Shown here in pieces: positions 27,501-39,561 of a stretch of 64,000 nucleotides of DNA. Each line of letters starts with the position of its first letter. Position 1 is the stretch's first letter. The notes under the pieces were generated by a model. It was not told where the DNA came from, searched no databases, and worked only from the letters and a program-made list of their open reading frames with translations. A program made the translations under genes and the position numbers. This DNA is from Schizochytrium sp. TIO01 (Eukaryota > Protista > Bigyra: Labyrinthulomycetes), in contig SMSO01000007.1 of assembly GCA_004764695.1 (NCBI GenBank), positions 1,110,122-1,174,121 of the forward strand, read 5' to 3'.

Positions 27501-29063
27501 CTTCTGCTTTGCCTCCAAACGAACGAAGCTGTGAGATGAGATCACATCAACCTTGGCTCTGCGAGACTTGGACGAAGCTCGAGCTCCTGCCAGCACCGCT
27601 GCTTTGGCAAGATGGGTCTCTGTCTCCGCCAGCGAGCACAGAGTTAAGTGAGAACCTTTGTTTCTCAATTATAGAAGGTGTTTTTTATGCCTCAGAAAGG
27701 TCTGTGAAACAAGTGAGGTCTTGTTGGAGAATCAGCTGTCCACCTGAAAGGAGGTCTGCCACCAAGCCTAAACCATGGCCTCTGGAGAAAGAAATCAATG
27801 CTGGGTCATAAGCCTGGTCATTCTCACTATGCGGCTATTTTGCTCGTTGGTATGTTTTTGTAAAATTCGCCGCTGACTAGAGTAATGAACAATTATTCAT
27901 AAACACGAGCGACTTCACGGGTCGCAAAAATATTCAAAGTGATCTGCACATTTTGGCCAGGACAATAGCATTGCGAGACTTTTTGAATAAAAGATTTTTT
28001 TAATATGGTTCCTCTACAGTGTAGAACCTTTTACGACATAAGCAATTACCGCGGTGACCATTGCAAATGTTAAAAGTGGCCATGAACTTCGCAGTGCATT
28101 TAATTGGTCCACATGTAGATGCCATTTTCCCGTATTGTTGTTCGCACTGAGCTGTGCACGAAAAGCAGTCAACTGTACATTGGAATTATACTGTTGCAAC
28201 AATAACAACGTTCTGTTGAATTTTATGCTAGCTAAGTTATGGCTTTGGTTTATTGGTCTAATGAATATGTTCCTTGTAGTAGGTATCTGCCGAAGTACCA
28301 ATACCAACTTAGTTTAGGAAAAACGAAAAATAAAACGTCGTACATCACCAGATGGCCAAAGTTTCTCCTCTAAAAATCTAGATCAATTCAGGTCGCTGGA
28401 TCATTGAAATCAAAATTCTTGGTACCTGACTTTGTTTCGAAAAATAGTAAATTAAACACGGCTGTCTTCAGGGAAGCTACTGAAAATTTTATTTCCTCAA
28501 ATCTGCTGCTGAAGGGTATCTTTAATATATACGACTTTTGTGCTGTTGCCTTAAGCTTGTCACCCAGGCAAAGGGAGAAGAGAAAAAGTGCAGCCTCGGG
28601 CAAGCGAATGGAGTATCAAATAAACATATATCTCGATTGATTGCGGCGACGAGAATGATATTTGAAAAGCAAGTACGACCTTTTCTGTGGAACCTCTATT
28701 TATTCTACCGAGATCTTAAATTTGTTCCTTTCATTTGTTTCTGCAAGCGTACTTTCCAGAGAATGCAGTTACTGACCATGGCTTTCCTAAGTAGATCACC
28801 GATTGATGCAAAGTAATTTCGATTCTTTATCTCTTTGTGCCTAACTTTTAATGCATTGCAAAAAATAGGATACATCAATTTTCAGATTCCCTATCAATTT
28901 TTTTAATTTGGGAATGTTGATAGTAAGCCAACGTCACCAGTACGTATGTCAAAAATGAACAGATTAACCCCGCTTTGTGTGGAGAACTGATATCATTGCT
29001 CAATTATTAGCGATTCATATCAAAGTACCAAAAATGAGTGGTTTGGGAAAAAATTGCAAAAAG

Positions 29064-29182
29064 AACATTCAACACCGGGGCTTCGCATGCAGTCCCCTAT
29101 CATACTACTGACCCGGCCCTACGCGACTTTACTTCTCAGTGCGAATGAGATGAGGTGTTACCCGCGTGGTATGATCGAATGT
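29064..29182 (-). rRNA. 5S rRNA
   Basis: 119-nt reverse complement ACATTCGATCATACC...GAAGTAAAG...GGGCCGGGTCAGTAGTATGATAGGGGACTGCATGCGAAGCCCCGGTGTTGAATGTT. Terminal stem ACATTC/GAATGT, followed by a T-run. Confidence 0.88.
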
Positions 29183-30425
29183 GAACTGATAAGTCGAACT
29201 CTAGCATTTATACTCCAGACCTCTATTTCATTCTATAAAAAGTAACAACGCAGAAAGTAGCTTTCCTTCGAGTCTCTCTGGCCTGCCATGAAGACAAAAG
29301 CCTCCTTGCAGGCTTTCTGTTACAGAGTGCTTTATTTGCCTTTGTTGAAATACAAGCTGATGCCGAGCAACAGTAAAGTTTGTGAGAAGGAAAACTGACG
29401 CCATGACTTCGCATGGCTCAAAGGAACACCTTCATGACCAGATCATGTTGAAGCGTCAGTCAACATAGTGGTGAGGGAGGGAAGGGCACAAAGCAAGCCT
29501 CAAAATGACAAGGCAATTCGACGAGATTCGTAAAGCTGTAGGTCCTCTACCCCCCTGGTTGAGTTGAAACACACGCATTTCGAGCAATCGATTATTTATT
29601 CTGTGCATATTACAAATCGTGTGCATAGTCAAGAAATGCTTCATATTTCTTTCCCTAGCACGAAATTATCCGCCATGATTGAGAATTCTAAAGCTGTCTT
29701 GCATAGGTTAATGGTTATAAGTAGTTGCTTTAGTCTAGTTTGCACAGTTTTAAATAAATACATTTAGAAAAAAAATGAATCTTTACAATGTTCTTTAGTT
29801 GTGGTGTTCCGCATTATTGAGTTAATGCAGGTCAGAAAAAAAATAAAAAAATAATAAAAATTGAAACTGGTGTACTTGTTGTTTCTTGCATGGTTTGCCG
29901 TTCTGTGGTAGAAGGAAAGGTCACACTTGTTCACTTCAATATGTTCCTTTGCGTGTCCGAATCTCACCGATATAGTTCGACTCTCTCCTTCTGAAGATTC
30001 TTCCTTTCACAGATGCAAGATGTTCTACGTTCAGGATTAAGCTTGCATTTGTGTATTTCCTAGGAAACATCAACGAGATAATTCCCCAAGCTGGAGACAA
30101 GAAAGAAAGTTACTGGGCGCTACTATTCCTAATGAGTTAATAATATCTCGGGTTACAAAGTTTACTATAACGAGAAGTGCGTATAAAAGCAAATGAAGAG
30201 ACTAGCCAAGCACGGTTGTGCGCATTCTGTTTGGCTGTGTACTCACATGTGTTTCAACTGCTTTGAAACTGACTCGAACAGAATCCTTAATGTGTGTTTG
30301 TAGAACAAAACAATCTTCAGTGGGACACCATCACAGAGATCTCGTGGGAGAAGTAAACCGCTTAACACTTTCGTTGACACTCTCAGCACATGTTGCTTAA
30401 ATATGTGTGTTTCCCTCTTAGAGGT

Positions 30426-30528
30426 ATATTGCAAGTTAGCGTGAGGCGATCACCAAGAGATAGTGTAGGTAGAGAAATGAAGGAAAAGAAAAGTTAGAAT
30501 TAATATTCAGGAACTGCTGACAAGGCCC
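30426..30528. repeat. ~100-bp repeat, inverted copy at 41725-41825
   Basis: atattgcaagttagcgtgagg...caagagatag...gtaggtagaga is the reverse complement of ...ctatctcttgg...cctcacgctaacttgcaatat. Confidence 0.8.
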
Positions 30529-32451
30529 ATTGTCAAAGTCTATGGGCTTTGGTCTTGTGTTCGGTGTTCGGCACCTTGAGATGATCCGTTCGACACATAG
30601 GTGTGAAACTTCGATAAGGCATAAGTATGTAAAGCCAATAGTTTCTTTCAACAGATGAAGCATATTGTAGAGGAGTAATGTTCAAATTCATCATTCTAGT
30701 TGGAATACTGATAAAGCTTATCATGTGGGATTCTATTAAGTCAAGTAGCCAGATTAAAATATGCAGTTCATGGGGCGCAGCAAAATTTATATCATCTGTG
30801 CTGAGATTACCAATCAGAGCTCTGTGGAGAAGAGTCATTGTCACACTATTATAAGTCCTCGTAGTCTAGGACTTGTAAGAATATGAATATCAAATACGAA
30901 GGAGTGAGACCAAGGAAATACATGAGTGAATATGAAATACACAACCAAAGAATTGTTCTGAACAAACGAGCTAGCCTAACCCCTTGAGCTCTGAGTTTTA
31001 ACGGTCTTAGTCTCATACTCAGGGTATGAACTGTTCCACCTGTTAAATATCTTTACGCAGCAGTAGCTGATCATTTACTAGGACAGTAAATCCTTGAATG
31101 CACAAAACTCTTGAAGTTTTGGTGCTGAATGTTCATCTCCAAGGTTTGCAATCGCTAACTGCGTACGCCGAAGCATTGAAAAATGCCTCCATCTTCCCAT
31201 ACAACCTCTGGCTGCTTAGAGATAATCTTTTAATAGCCTCCTCCTATAGCGATTGTGCATTTACTTTGTAGCTTCTCTGGTATCCACAATTCTGTCATTG
31301 TCTCGCAATCTCAGATTGATGGAGTAAACTGATTCCTTTATCACTCTGCGTGTTATTGCAATGCTCTCTTCTATAAAATCTTTGAAGAACAACTTAAAGA
31401 GCCGACCAGAAACGCAATGTTTTGTCTTTGAAGGTTCGTTGCGTCAACTTTGATCTGAGAGTTTAAGATGTGGAAATTAAATGGTTTTCTTGAGAAGAGT
31501 CCATGCTTCGAATAGTAAATCTGGATACATGGCATATCAAGATCAAAGAGCTTCGAGGATTAAATAACTAATGGTTTCATTCTAGCTTTCAAAAGTTGTC
31601 TGGAGTGCCAAGGCTTGTGTTCAGAGTTTGATCTTTACGATTAATTTATTGTGTAATAGTAAATAGTGACCAAGACAGAGCTAATCTCCTATTACCCAGG
31701 TCATCACATGTACGGAGAAAGGGCTGTGTCTGTAATACTACTCTTGCTCCTGCCTTTGATGGAGTTCTTATGTAAATTGGAAACGCCCAGCACCTCGTAA
31801 CCGTAAAATCATGGTATACTATGTTTGATAGGACTGTACAATAAAAAGTTGCGTATTACAGGCCCTCTGATGCTAGGGTGGAGTAGCGATTGGTGTGCAG
31901 AATTTAAATTGAAAACTGAGAGGATATTGTCACATTAAGGATTTCAGTGCAGTTAGAAGAACTGCATTTTGGCTTTGATGAATAAATAAATAAAAAGTTG
32001 CTTTCCAAAATGAGAACTATTGAGAACTGCCAAAGAGAGATAAATAAAAAAAGTATTTTTGATTCTATTTTGCAACGATTTGGCTTAAACATAGAGCTTC
32101 TGATACCTTGTGGTGTTGCTGAATGAATTATCGAAGGAACAGAGAGAGTAAAACAAAGAAAGGATTCGTATCTAATAAAAAAGTAAATATGCTCCTCAAA
32201 CTGGAAAAATAAAGTTAAGAAAGCATATATATCATCAGTGAAATGTTAACGAATCATTACACTGTTCTAAATTATGTTTAATTTATGTTAAGTTTTAGTA
32301 CGTCCCCTCACCAAGAACCTTGCCAAAAAAAAACATTATAAATTTTGATCCTGTTGGCAGACGTCGGTACTATCTGGAAGAGAGCAGTTGCTTTTTTGCA
32401 TTCTAGTCAACGGCGCTTAAGCAAAAGATAATCATTTAAAATTCGATTAGT

Positions 32452-35400
32452 TTATTCCAATCTAAAGTTTGCGCCAACGATATCTGGTGTTAGCAAAGGC
32501 GACAATAACTCTTTCAGAACGAGTCGAAGATTTTCATCCTGAATTTTTGCATTCCAGTACTCACGCAGACGTTCAGCGCGCAGCAACTGCCACGCCTCAC
32601 GAACCTGCTCAAATGAATCAGCAAAAAATGGATCTTGCCCAAGTCTTCTTGAACAGGTTCTCACATGATCATGACATGCATCTTCATCCTGAGAACTGTA
32701 GCCAAGACACCAAGCGCAGAAGTGATGACCACAAGTCTCATTACCGCACTTTACAGCGCAGCAACCGGCAAAATCGTGTACATATGCCTTACAGTTCGGA
32801 CAACATGTGCTCAAGATCTTCTCTTGAATATGGAGTAAATGCCGTTGTGCGTCGCGATTCTGTTCATCTGCACGCAAAACTTCTGCTATGCGCCTTTGGA
32901 TCTCCTTCTCCGCCCAAACTGCTGCTTCATTTTCTGCCTTCATCTTCGCAATCAACAAAAGATGATTCAAAGCTGTTGGTGCAAGACGAGTGATTTCTTG
33001 ACCTGATATTCTTCCCCCACATTCAGGTTTCATGCATGTCATCGTTCCATCAGCATCCACTCTTACGTTAGCAAGTGGCTGTGACGCCGCTTCTACTGCA
33101 GATTTGATACAGTCTCTGCAAAGGAAGTCTCCCTCCTCGCAGCTCGTGCCCTCGGAAAGCAGATGCTCCTCCATGCATACTAGACATATCTTGACAGGGA
33201 TCTTAGGAGCTCCAAAAGCTTCATGTTGGAGTGCTTGGTGAGCAGTTGGACGCTGGCCAGGGTCTGTTGCTGTAAGAGCATCGATAAGTTTCTGCATTGC
33301 AGCGGTTCGCTCAGTAGGATACAGCTCCTTTAAGCTTATGCCCACAGAGTACATGTCCATCGCTGTTTCAAACCTATCTACAGGCCCATTCTGCAACTCG
33401 GGGGCAACGTACCGTGGCGTTGCCTGGAGTGATGTGTAAGTTGCAGTGTAGTCTGCAACCTTGATGCCGTCAAAGTCGCCGATCAATGGTGTCCCGTTGC
33501 TTGTGAGAAAAATGTTTTCTGGTTTGATATCACAATGCACAATGCCATGGGTATGCAAATCCGCCACGCCGATAAGCAGGCCCATAGCAAGTCGGTCGCG
33601 CACTGCTTTGCCTTCGTTAGGATGACTCTCAATCCACTTGGCAAGGTCACCTTGCTCGTAGAAAGGCATGAGGATACAGCCACGCGGTTCTCCATTAGAG
33701 GTATCCACAAAAGCGCCAGTGATACGTATCACGTGCTGAGACACCACGTTTCCCATATTTGCAGCTTGCCTGTAAAATATTTTGTGTTGGCTCGAATGGC
33801 CGAGTTGGAATTGTTTCAAAACCATAGTTTTACCAACGTTGTCAAGAACCTTTTGTACTCTCTTGCCACCTCTGGAAGCAAGGGGTTCGCGGACAGGCTT
33901 GAAGTCCGCGACTGTGACATTCGTCAACCAAAGGTCAGAACATGCTACTTCAAAAACACCCTCTGCACTTACGTGAAGCCTTTCCAGCCAGGCTCTATCT
34001 TGCAGCAACTCTGGATAATGTTCCTGCGCGTGTTTCAGAGTCTCAGCAAGCTTATGACGAAAAGCTTTGCTAAGGTCGATAGGGTTGCCTTGAGAGAGAA
34101 TGAGCTCTTGGTTTTTCATTCTATTTCTAAAATATGCTTGATCTTCCTCATCCAGGTCCTCAGCCACTAGTTCTGCTTCGGCGATTTTTAATCTTTCTGT
34201 GGCTTTCCTTGACTTGTTGAGTTTCTGGTATAATGCTTCAACATCTGAGACAGAAGGTTCTTTCAAACCCAGTACTACATAGTCATACAGTCCAGAGAGC
34301 TCTTCTGGTGCGCACTTGCTCGCTTCATTCAACGCAGCACTTTTAGAATATCCTTCAAATCGAGCAAATGTTACACTTATTGCGCAAAGTATTTCGGACA
34401 ATTGGGCACGAAGTATATCTCCTTGTAGAGCTTCTATTTCTTCTTGAAGAGCACGCTCAAGTTCAGACAACTCCGGTTTTAGCTCCATGGCCTGCTCCGG
34501 TGTCCTCAGGGCAACCAATAATCCATCACCAAGCTTCAGCTCAGACAATCGAGAGATGACGCGCTTTACAGCTTGTTGGCTTCGTTCACCAATGTTCTTG
34601 GATTGGCCTTCTCCACTCCTCTTGTACCCTTCCACGCATTGAACAGCCTGAACAACGAGTTCTTGGCAGTGTTTAAAGTCATCTGTGCTGGTCTCTTCCG
34701 TGACTGGCGCAGGTTTGATATTTAGATAATCTACCAAACTTTCGACTCTCACTTTGAACTCTCGCCCTATATCTTCATCACTTTCGCAAAGTTTTGCGCG
34801 AACCCATGGGTACACAACCTGCAAAAGCGAATGCAGGCGACTTCGTTCGGCGTTCCGCTTTTCGATGAGGCTGGACAAGCCATCAGCAGAGCTTGCACGA
34901 ATCTGGCCTTGTAGTGCGTCAAGACCCTCTTTGGAGTTCTTGATGTCAGCGGAAAGCTGTCGCAACTTCACTTGGCCAAAGTAGCCCTGGATCGCCGGTC
35001 CTACGAATTCCTCAAGCAAGGCAATCCCAGTCTGCAGGGAGTTTTCTCTGACCCCGCCTGGGTCCGCGCGCAAGTCCGAGACTTTTTCGGCAAGCTGCAC
35101 CACATCAGCGAAACTCACGCTCCCTCCATCCGGCCGTTCTCTGAGGTGGACAAGAAGACGTAAACAAACGAGCAAAGTGAAGACATTTGAAGCAGCAACA
35201 GAGGCAGAAGCAAAAGTTAGGATCTCCAAAATATCTCAACAATACAATTTGTGGAATGAATGATCACACGATCCCTAACAAAAAACGCATGAACTTACCC
35301 AGATATGTTCTCTCCAGGAGAACGCACCCTTTCGAACAATTCTTTAAAAGACAAATATGCATAATCGAGAATGCGTCTTGTAAACGAATAAAAGAACGAA

Positions 35401-38400
35401 CGAAAGAGAATAACAGTACTTGATAGAATAACGATGACCGCATCTAAAGATAGCTTCGCAAGTCTATGGAGACACAGAGAGAACCAGCGAAGCCAGGGCT
35501 CTGCGCAAGAAGATTCATCAAACCCGCGAGACTCTATAGCAAGCTCGGCGCTATCGACGTCATCTTGCTCACTCTTCGGCTCTGCAGAAGGCTCGCTTTC
35601 TGTGGAGGCACAAACATCGGTCTCTGATGAGGAGTAAATATCCTCTCCAGGAGAACGCACCCTTTCGAACAATTCTTTAAAAGACAAATATGCATCATCG
35701 AGAATGCGTCTTGTAAACGAATAAAAGAACGAACGAAAGAGAATAACAGTACTTGATAGAATAACGATGACCGCATCTAAAGATAGCTTCGCAAGTCTAT
35801 GGAGACACAGAGAGAACCAGCGAAGCCAGGGCTCTGCGCAAGAAGATTCATCAAACCCGCGAGACTCTATAGCAAGCTCGGCGCTATCGACGTCATCTTG
35901 CTCACTCTTCGGCTCTGCAGAAGGCTCGCTTTCTGTGGAGGCACAAACATCGGTCTCTGATGAGGAGTAAATATCCTCTCCAGGAGAACACACGCTTTCG
36001 AACAATTCTTTAGGGGTTCTACAAAAGTTGTCATAGCTACGTTTTGTAACGAATGTGAATACACGAATGAAAGAGAATAAGAGCGTTTGTTAGTAGCACG
36101 ATTAACGCATCTAAAGACCGCATTGCAAGTCCGTGGAGACATGGAGAGAACCATAGATGACAAGGCTCTGCGAAAGCCAGGATCAGCAGCAGAGGAAACG
36201 GAACTTACTAGATTTGAACAGAAGGACATGCTTTGTGCAGAGACTTTGCGACGGCCTTTGCGCCCTCATCGCCAATGTTGTTTTGCCAAAGACTGTGAGT
36301 ATAAATGAATAAGTTTGTTTTGATCATTCGTTGTCAGGAAAGACAGGTCCAGTCAGTTGATCCTGTTTTGTTTTGTTTTTCCTCACAATAAAAAGCAATC
36401 AGCTCTTCTTCTGCTGCTGCTGCTGCGTATCAAATTATATAGATTTGCTTCTTCTCTTTGTAAAAAAGAAAAGACGTCTTTGCCTTTCTTTGCGTACCCA
36501 ACTATGTAAACTACTTAGGTAGTGTACCAGCAGTACTACAAACAACGACCACTAAAAAGAAAGAAAGAAAAAGCTTGGTCCTGGCTATTACGATAGCTTT
36601 CCCTCGTGTGGATGATTCCACAAACGTACTACAATTCTTGAAGGTTCTTGCATCCCTCGAGTGCCTTTGCGACGGCCTTTGCGCCCTCCGAGCCAATGTT
36701 GTTCTTGTAAAGACTGTGAGTATAAATGAATAAGTTTGTTTTGTTCATTCGTTGTCAGGAAAGACAAGTCCAGTCAGTTGATCCTGTTTTGTTTTGTTTT
36801 TCCTCACAATAAAAAGCAATCAGCTCTTCTTCTTCTGCTGCTGCTGCGTATCAAATTATATAGATTTCCTTCTTCTCTTTGTAAAAAAGAAAAGACTTCT
36901 TTGCCTTTCTTTGCGTACCCAACTATGTAAACTACTTAGGTAGTGTACCAGCAGTACTATAAACAACGACCACTAAAAAGAAAGAAAGAAAAAGCTTGGT
37001 CCTGGCTATTACGATAGCTTTCCCTCGTGTGGATGATTCCACAAACGTACGACAATTGTTGAAGGTTCTTGCATCCCTCGAGTGCCTTTGCGACGGCCTT
37101 TGCGCCCTCCGAGCCAATGTCGTTACACTGAAGACTGTGAGTATAAATGAATAAGTTTGTTTTGTTCATTCGTTGTCAGGAAAGACAGGTCCAGTCAGTT
37201 GATCCTGTTTTGTTTTGTTTTTCCTCACAATAAAAAGCAATCAGCTCTTCTTCTTCTTCTTCTTCTTCTGCTGCTGCTGCTGCTGCGTATCAAATTATAT
37301 AGATTTCCTTCTTCTCTTTGTAAAAAAGAAAAGACTTCTTTGCCTTTCTTTGCGTACCCAACTACGTAAACTACTTAGGTAGTGTACCAGCAGTACTACA
37401 AACACCAAGCACTAAAAAGAAAGAAAGAAAAAGCTTGGTCCTGACTATTACGATAGCTTTCCCTCGTGGATGATTCCACAAACGTACTACAATTCTTGAA
37501 GGTTCTTGCATCCCTCGAGTGCCTTTGCGACGGCCTTTGCGCCCTCATCGCCAATGTTGTTCTTGTAAAGACTATGAGTATAAATGAATAAGTTTGTTTT
37601 GATCATTCGTTGTCAGGAAAGACAGGTCCAGTCAGTTGATCCTGTTTTGTTTTGTTTTTCCTCACAATAAAAAGCAATCAGCTCTTCTTCTTCTTCTTCT
37701 TCTTCTGCTGCTGCTGCTGCTGCGTATCAAATTATATAGATTTCCTTCTTCTCTTTGTAAAAAAGAAAAGACTTCTTTGCCTTTCTTTGCGTACCCAACT
37801 ACGTAAACTACTTAGGTAGTGTACCAGCAGTACTACAAACACCAAGCACTAAAAAGAAAGAAAGAAAAAGCTTGGTCCTGGCTATTACGATAGCTTTCCC
37901 TCGTGTGGATGATTCCACAAACGTACTACAATTCTTGAAGGTTCTTGCATCCCTCGAGTGCCTTTGCGACGGCCTTTGCGGCCTCCGAGCCAATGTTGTT
38001 GTCAGAAAGACTGTGAGTATAAATGAATAAGTTTGTTTTGTTCATTCGTTGTCAGGAAAGACAAGTCCAGTCAGTTGATCCTGTTTTGTTTTGTTTTTCC
38101 TCACAATAAAAAGCAATCAGCTCTTCTTCTTCTTCTTCTTCTTCTGCTGCTGCTGCTGCTGCGTATCAAATTATATAGATTTCCTTCTTCTCTTTGTAAA
38201 AAAGAAAAGACTTCTTTGCCTTTCTTTGCGTACCCAACTACGTAAACTACTTAGGTAGTGTACCAGCAGTACTACAAACACCAAGCACTAAAAAGAAAGA
38301 AAGAAAAAGCTTGGTCCTGACTATTACGATAGCTTTCCCTCGTGGATGATTCCACAAACGTACGACAATTCTTGAAGGTTCTTGCATCCCTCGAGTGCCT

Positions 38401-39561
38401 TTGCGACGGCCTTTGCGCCCTCCGAGCCAATGTTGTTGTCAGAAAGACTGTGAGTATAAATGAATAAGTTTGTTTTGTTCATTCGTTGTCAGGAAAGACA
38501 AGTCCAGTCAGTTGATCCTGTTTTGTTTTGTTTTTCCTCACAATAAAAAGCAATCAGCTCTTCTTCTTCTTCTTCTTCTGCTGCTGCTGCTGCGTATCAA
38601 ATTATATAGATTTCCTTCTTCTCTTTGTAAAAAAGAAAAGACTTCTTTGCCTTTCTTTGCGTACCCAACTACGTAAACTACTTAGGTAGTGTACCAGCAG
38701 TACTACAAACACCAAGCACTGAAATGAAAGAAAGAAAAAGCTTGGTCCTGACTATTACGATAGCTTTCCCTCGTGGATGATTCCACAAACGTACTACAAT
38801 TCTTGAAGGTTCTTGCATCCCTCGAGTGCCTTTGCGACGGCCTTTGCGCCCTCCGAGCCAATGTTGTTCTGAGAAAGACTGTGAGTATAAATGAATAAGT
38901 TTGTTTTGTTCATTCGTTGTCAGGAAAGACAGGTCCAGTCAGTTGATCCTGTTTTGTTTTGTTTTTCCTCACAATAAAAAGCAATCAGCTCTTCTTCTTC
39001 TTCTTCTTCTTCTTCTTCTGCTGCTGCTGCTGCTGCGTATCAAATTATATAGATTTCCTTCTTCTCTTTGTAAAAAAGAAAAGACTTCTTTGCCTTTCTT
39101 TGCGTACCCAACTACGTAAACTACTTAGGTAGTGTACCAGCAGTACTACAAACACCAAGCACTAAAAAGAAAGAAAGAAAAAGCTTGGTCCTGACTATTA
39201 CGATAGCTTTCCCTCGTGTGGATGATTCCACAAACGTACTACAATTCTTGAAGGTTCTTGCATCCCTCGAGTGCCTTTGCGACGGCCTTTGCGGCCTCCG
39301 AGCCAATGTTGTTTCCAGCAAGACTGTGTTTGTTTGTTTGTTTGTTTGTTTGTGAACAAGTGAGAGTAAGTATATGCCATTTCCAACTTCTTCATTAGTG
39401 CCACTACAAGTTCAAAACTATTCTTCTTCTACAAAGCTGACTACTACAACACATCGACGACGCGATGCCTCCTTCTTCTGTCTCCTCCCTTCTGCATCGT
39501 GCACCTACCGAATCTCCGTCGTATCTTCTCTGATGTCCTTAATGCTCTTTGCCACAGTCAT
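32452..39561 (-). CDS. LRR(8) - 111-aa repeats - coiled coil - protein kinase - RING/RBR-like protein, ~1383 aa. Exons 39561-39509, 39323-39240, 38878-38795, 38447-38364, 38010-37927, 37571-37488, 37134-37051, 36713-36630, 36292-36209, 36036-35299, 35140-32452
   Basis: All introns GT-AG and phase 2; summed length 4152 nt = 1384 codons with no internal stop. Starts MTVAKSIKDIREDTTEI-RLAGNNIGSE. TACTAAC branch point precedes the 36037 acceptor. Kinase motifs VLK, HCDIKPEN, GDFD, YVAPE, DMYSVG. RING CLVC...CRDC...CMKPEC and Rcat-like CPNC...GCCAVKC...CGHHFCAWC. Confidence 0.85.
35311..36012. repeat. 333-bp coding tandem repeat (2.1 near-identical copies)
   Basis: tctccaggagaac at 35311, 35644 and 35977; identical ORFs at 35434 and 35767. 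Confidence 0.95.
36209..39323 (-). repeat. Tandem exon+intron array, 8 LRR exons at ~420-445-bp period
   Basis: Near-identical introns; length varies mostly through a (CTT)n(CTG)n tract. Confidence 0.97.

Noticed and set aside
24600-32400. Short ORFs and possibly decayed coding patches (e.g. 27431-27811, ~31000-31600)
   Set aside because: No recognisable motif or consistent splice model could be supported by eye.
35141-35229. Apparent signal/TM N-terminus MEILTFASAS... of the kinase ORF
   Set aside because: Starts at TTG and coincides with a CTAAC branch point and polypyrimidine tract ending in cag at 35141, so it is better explained as intron.
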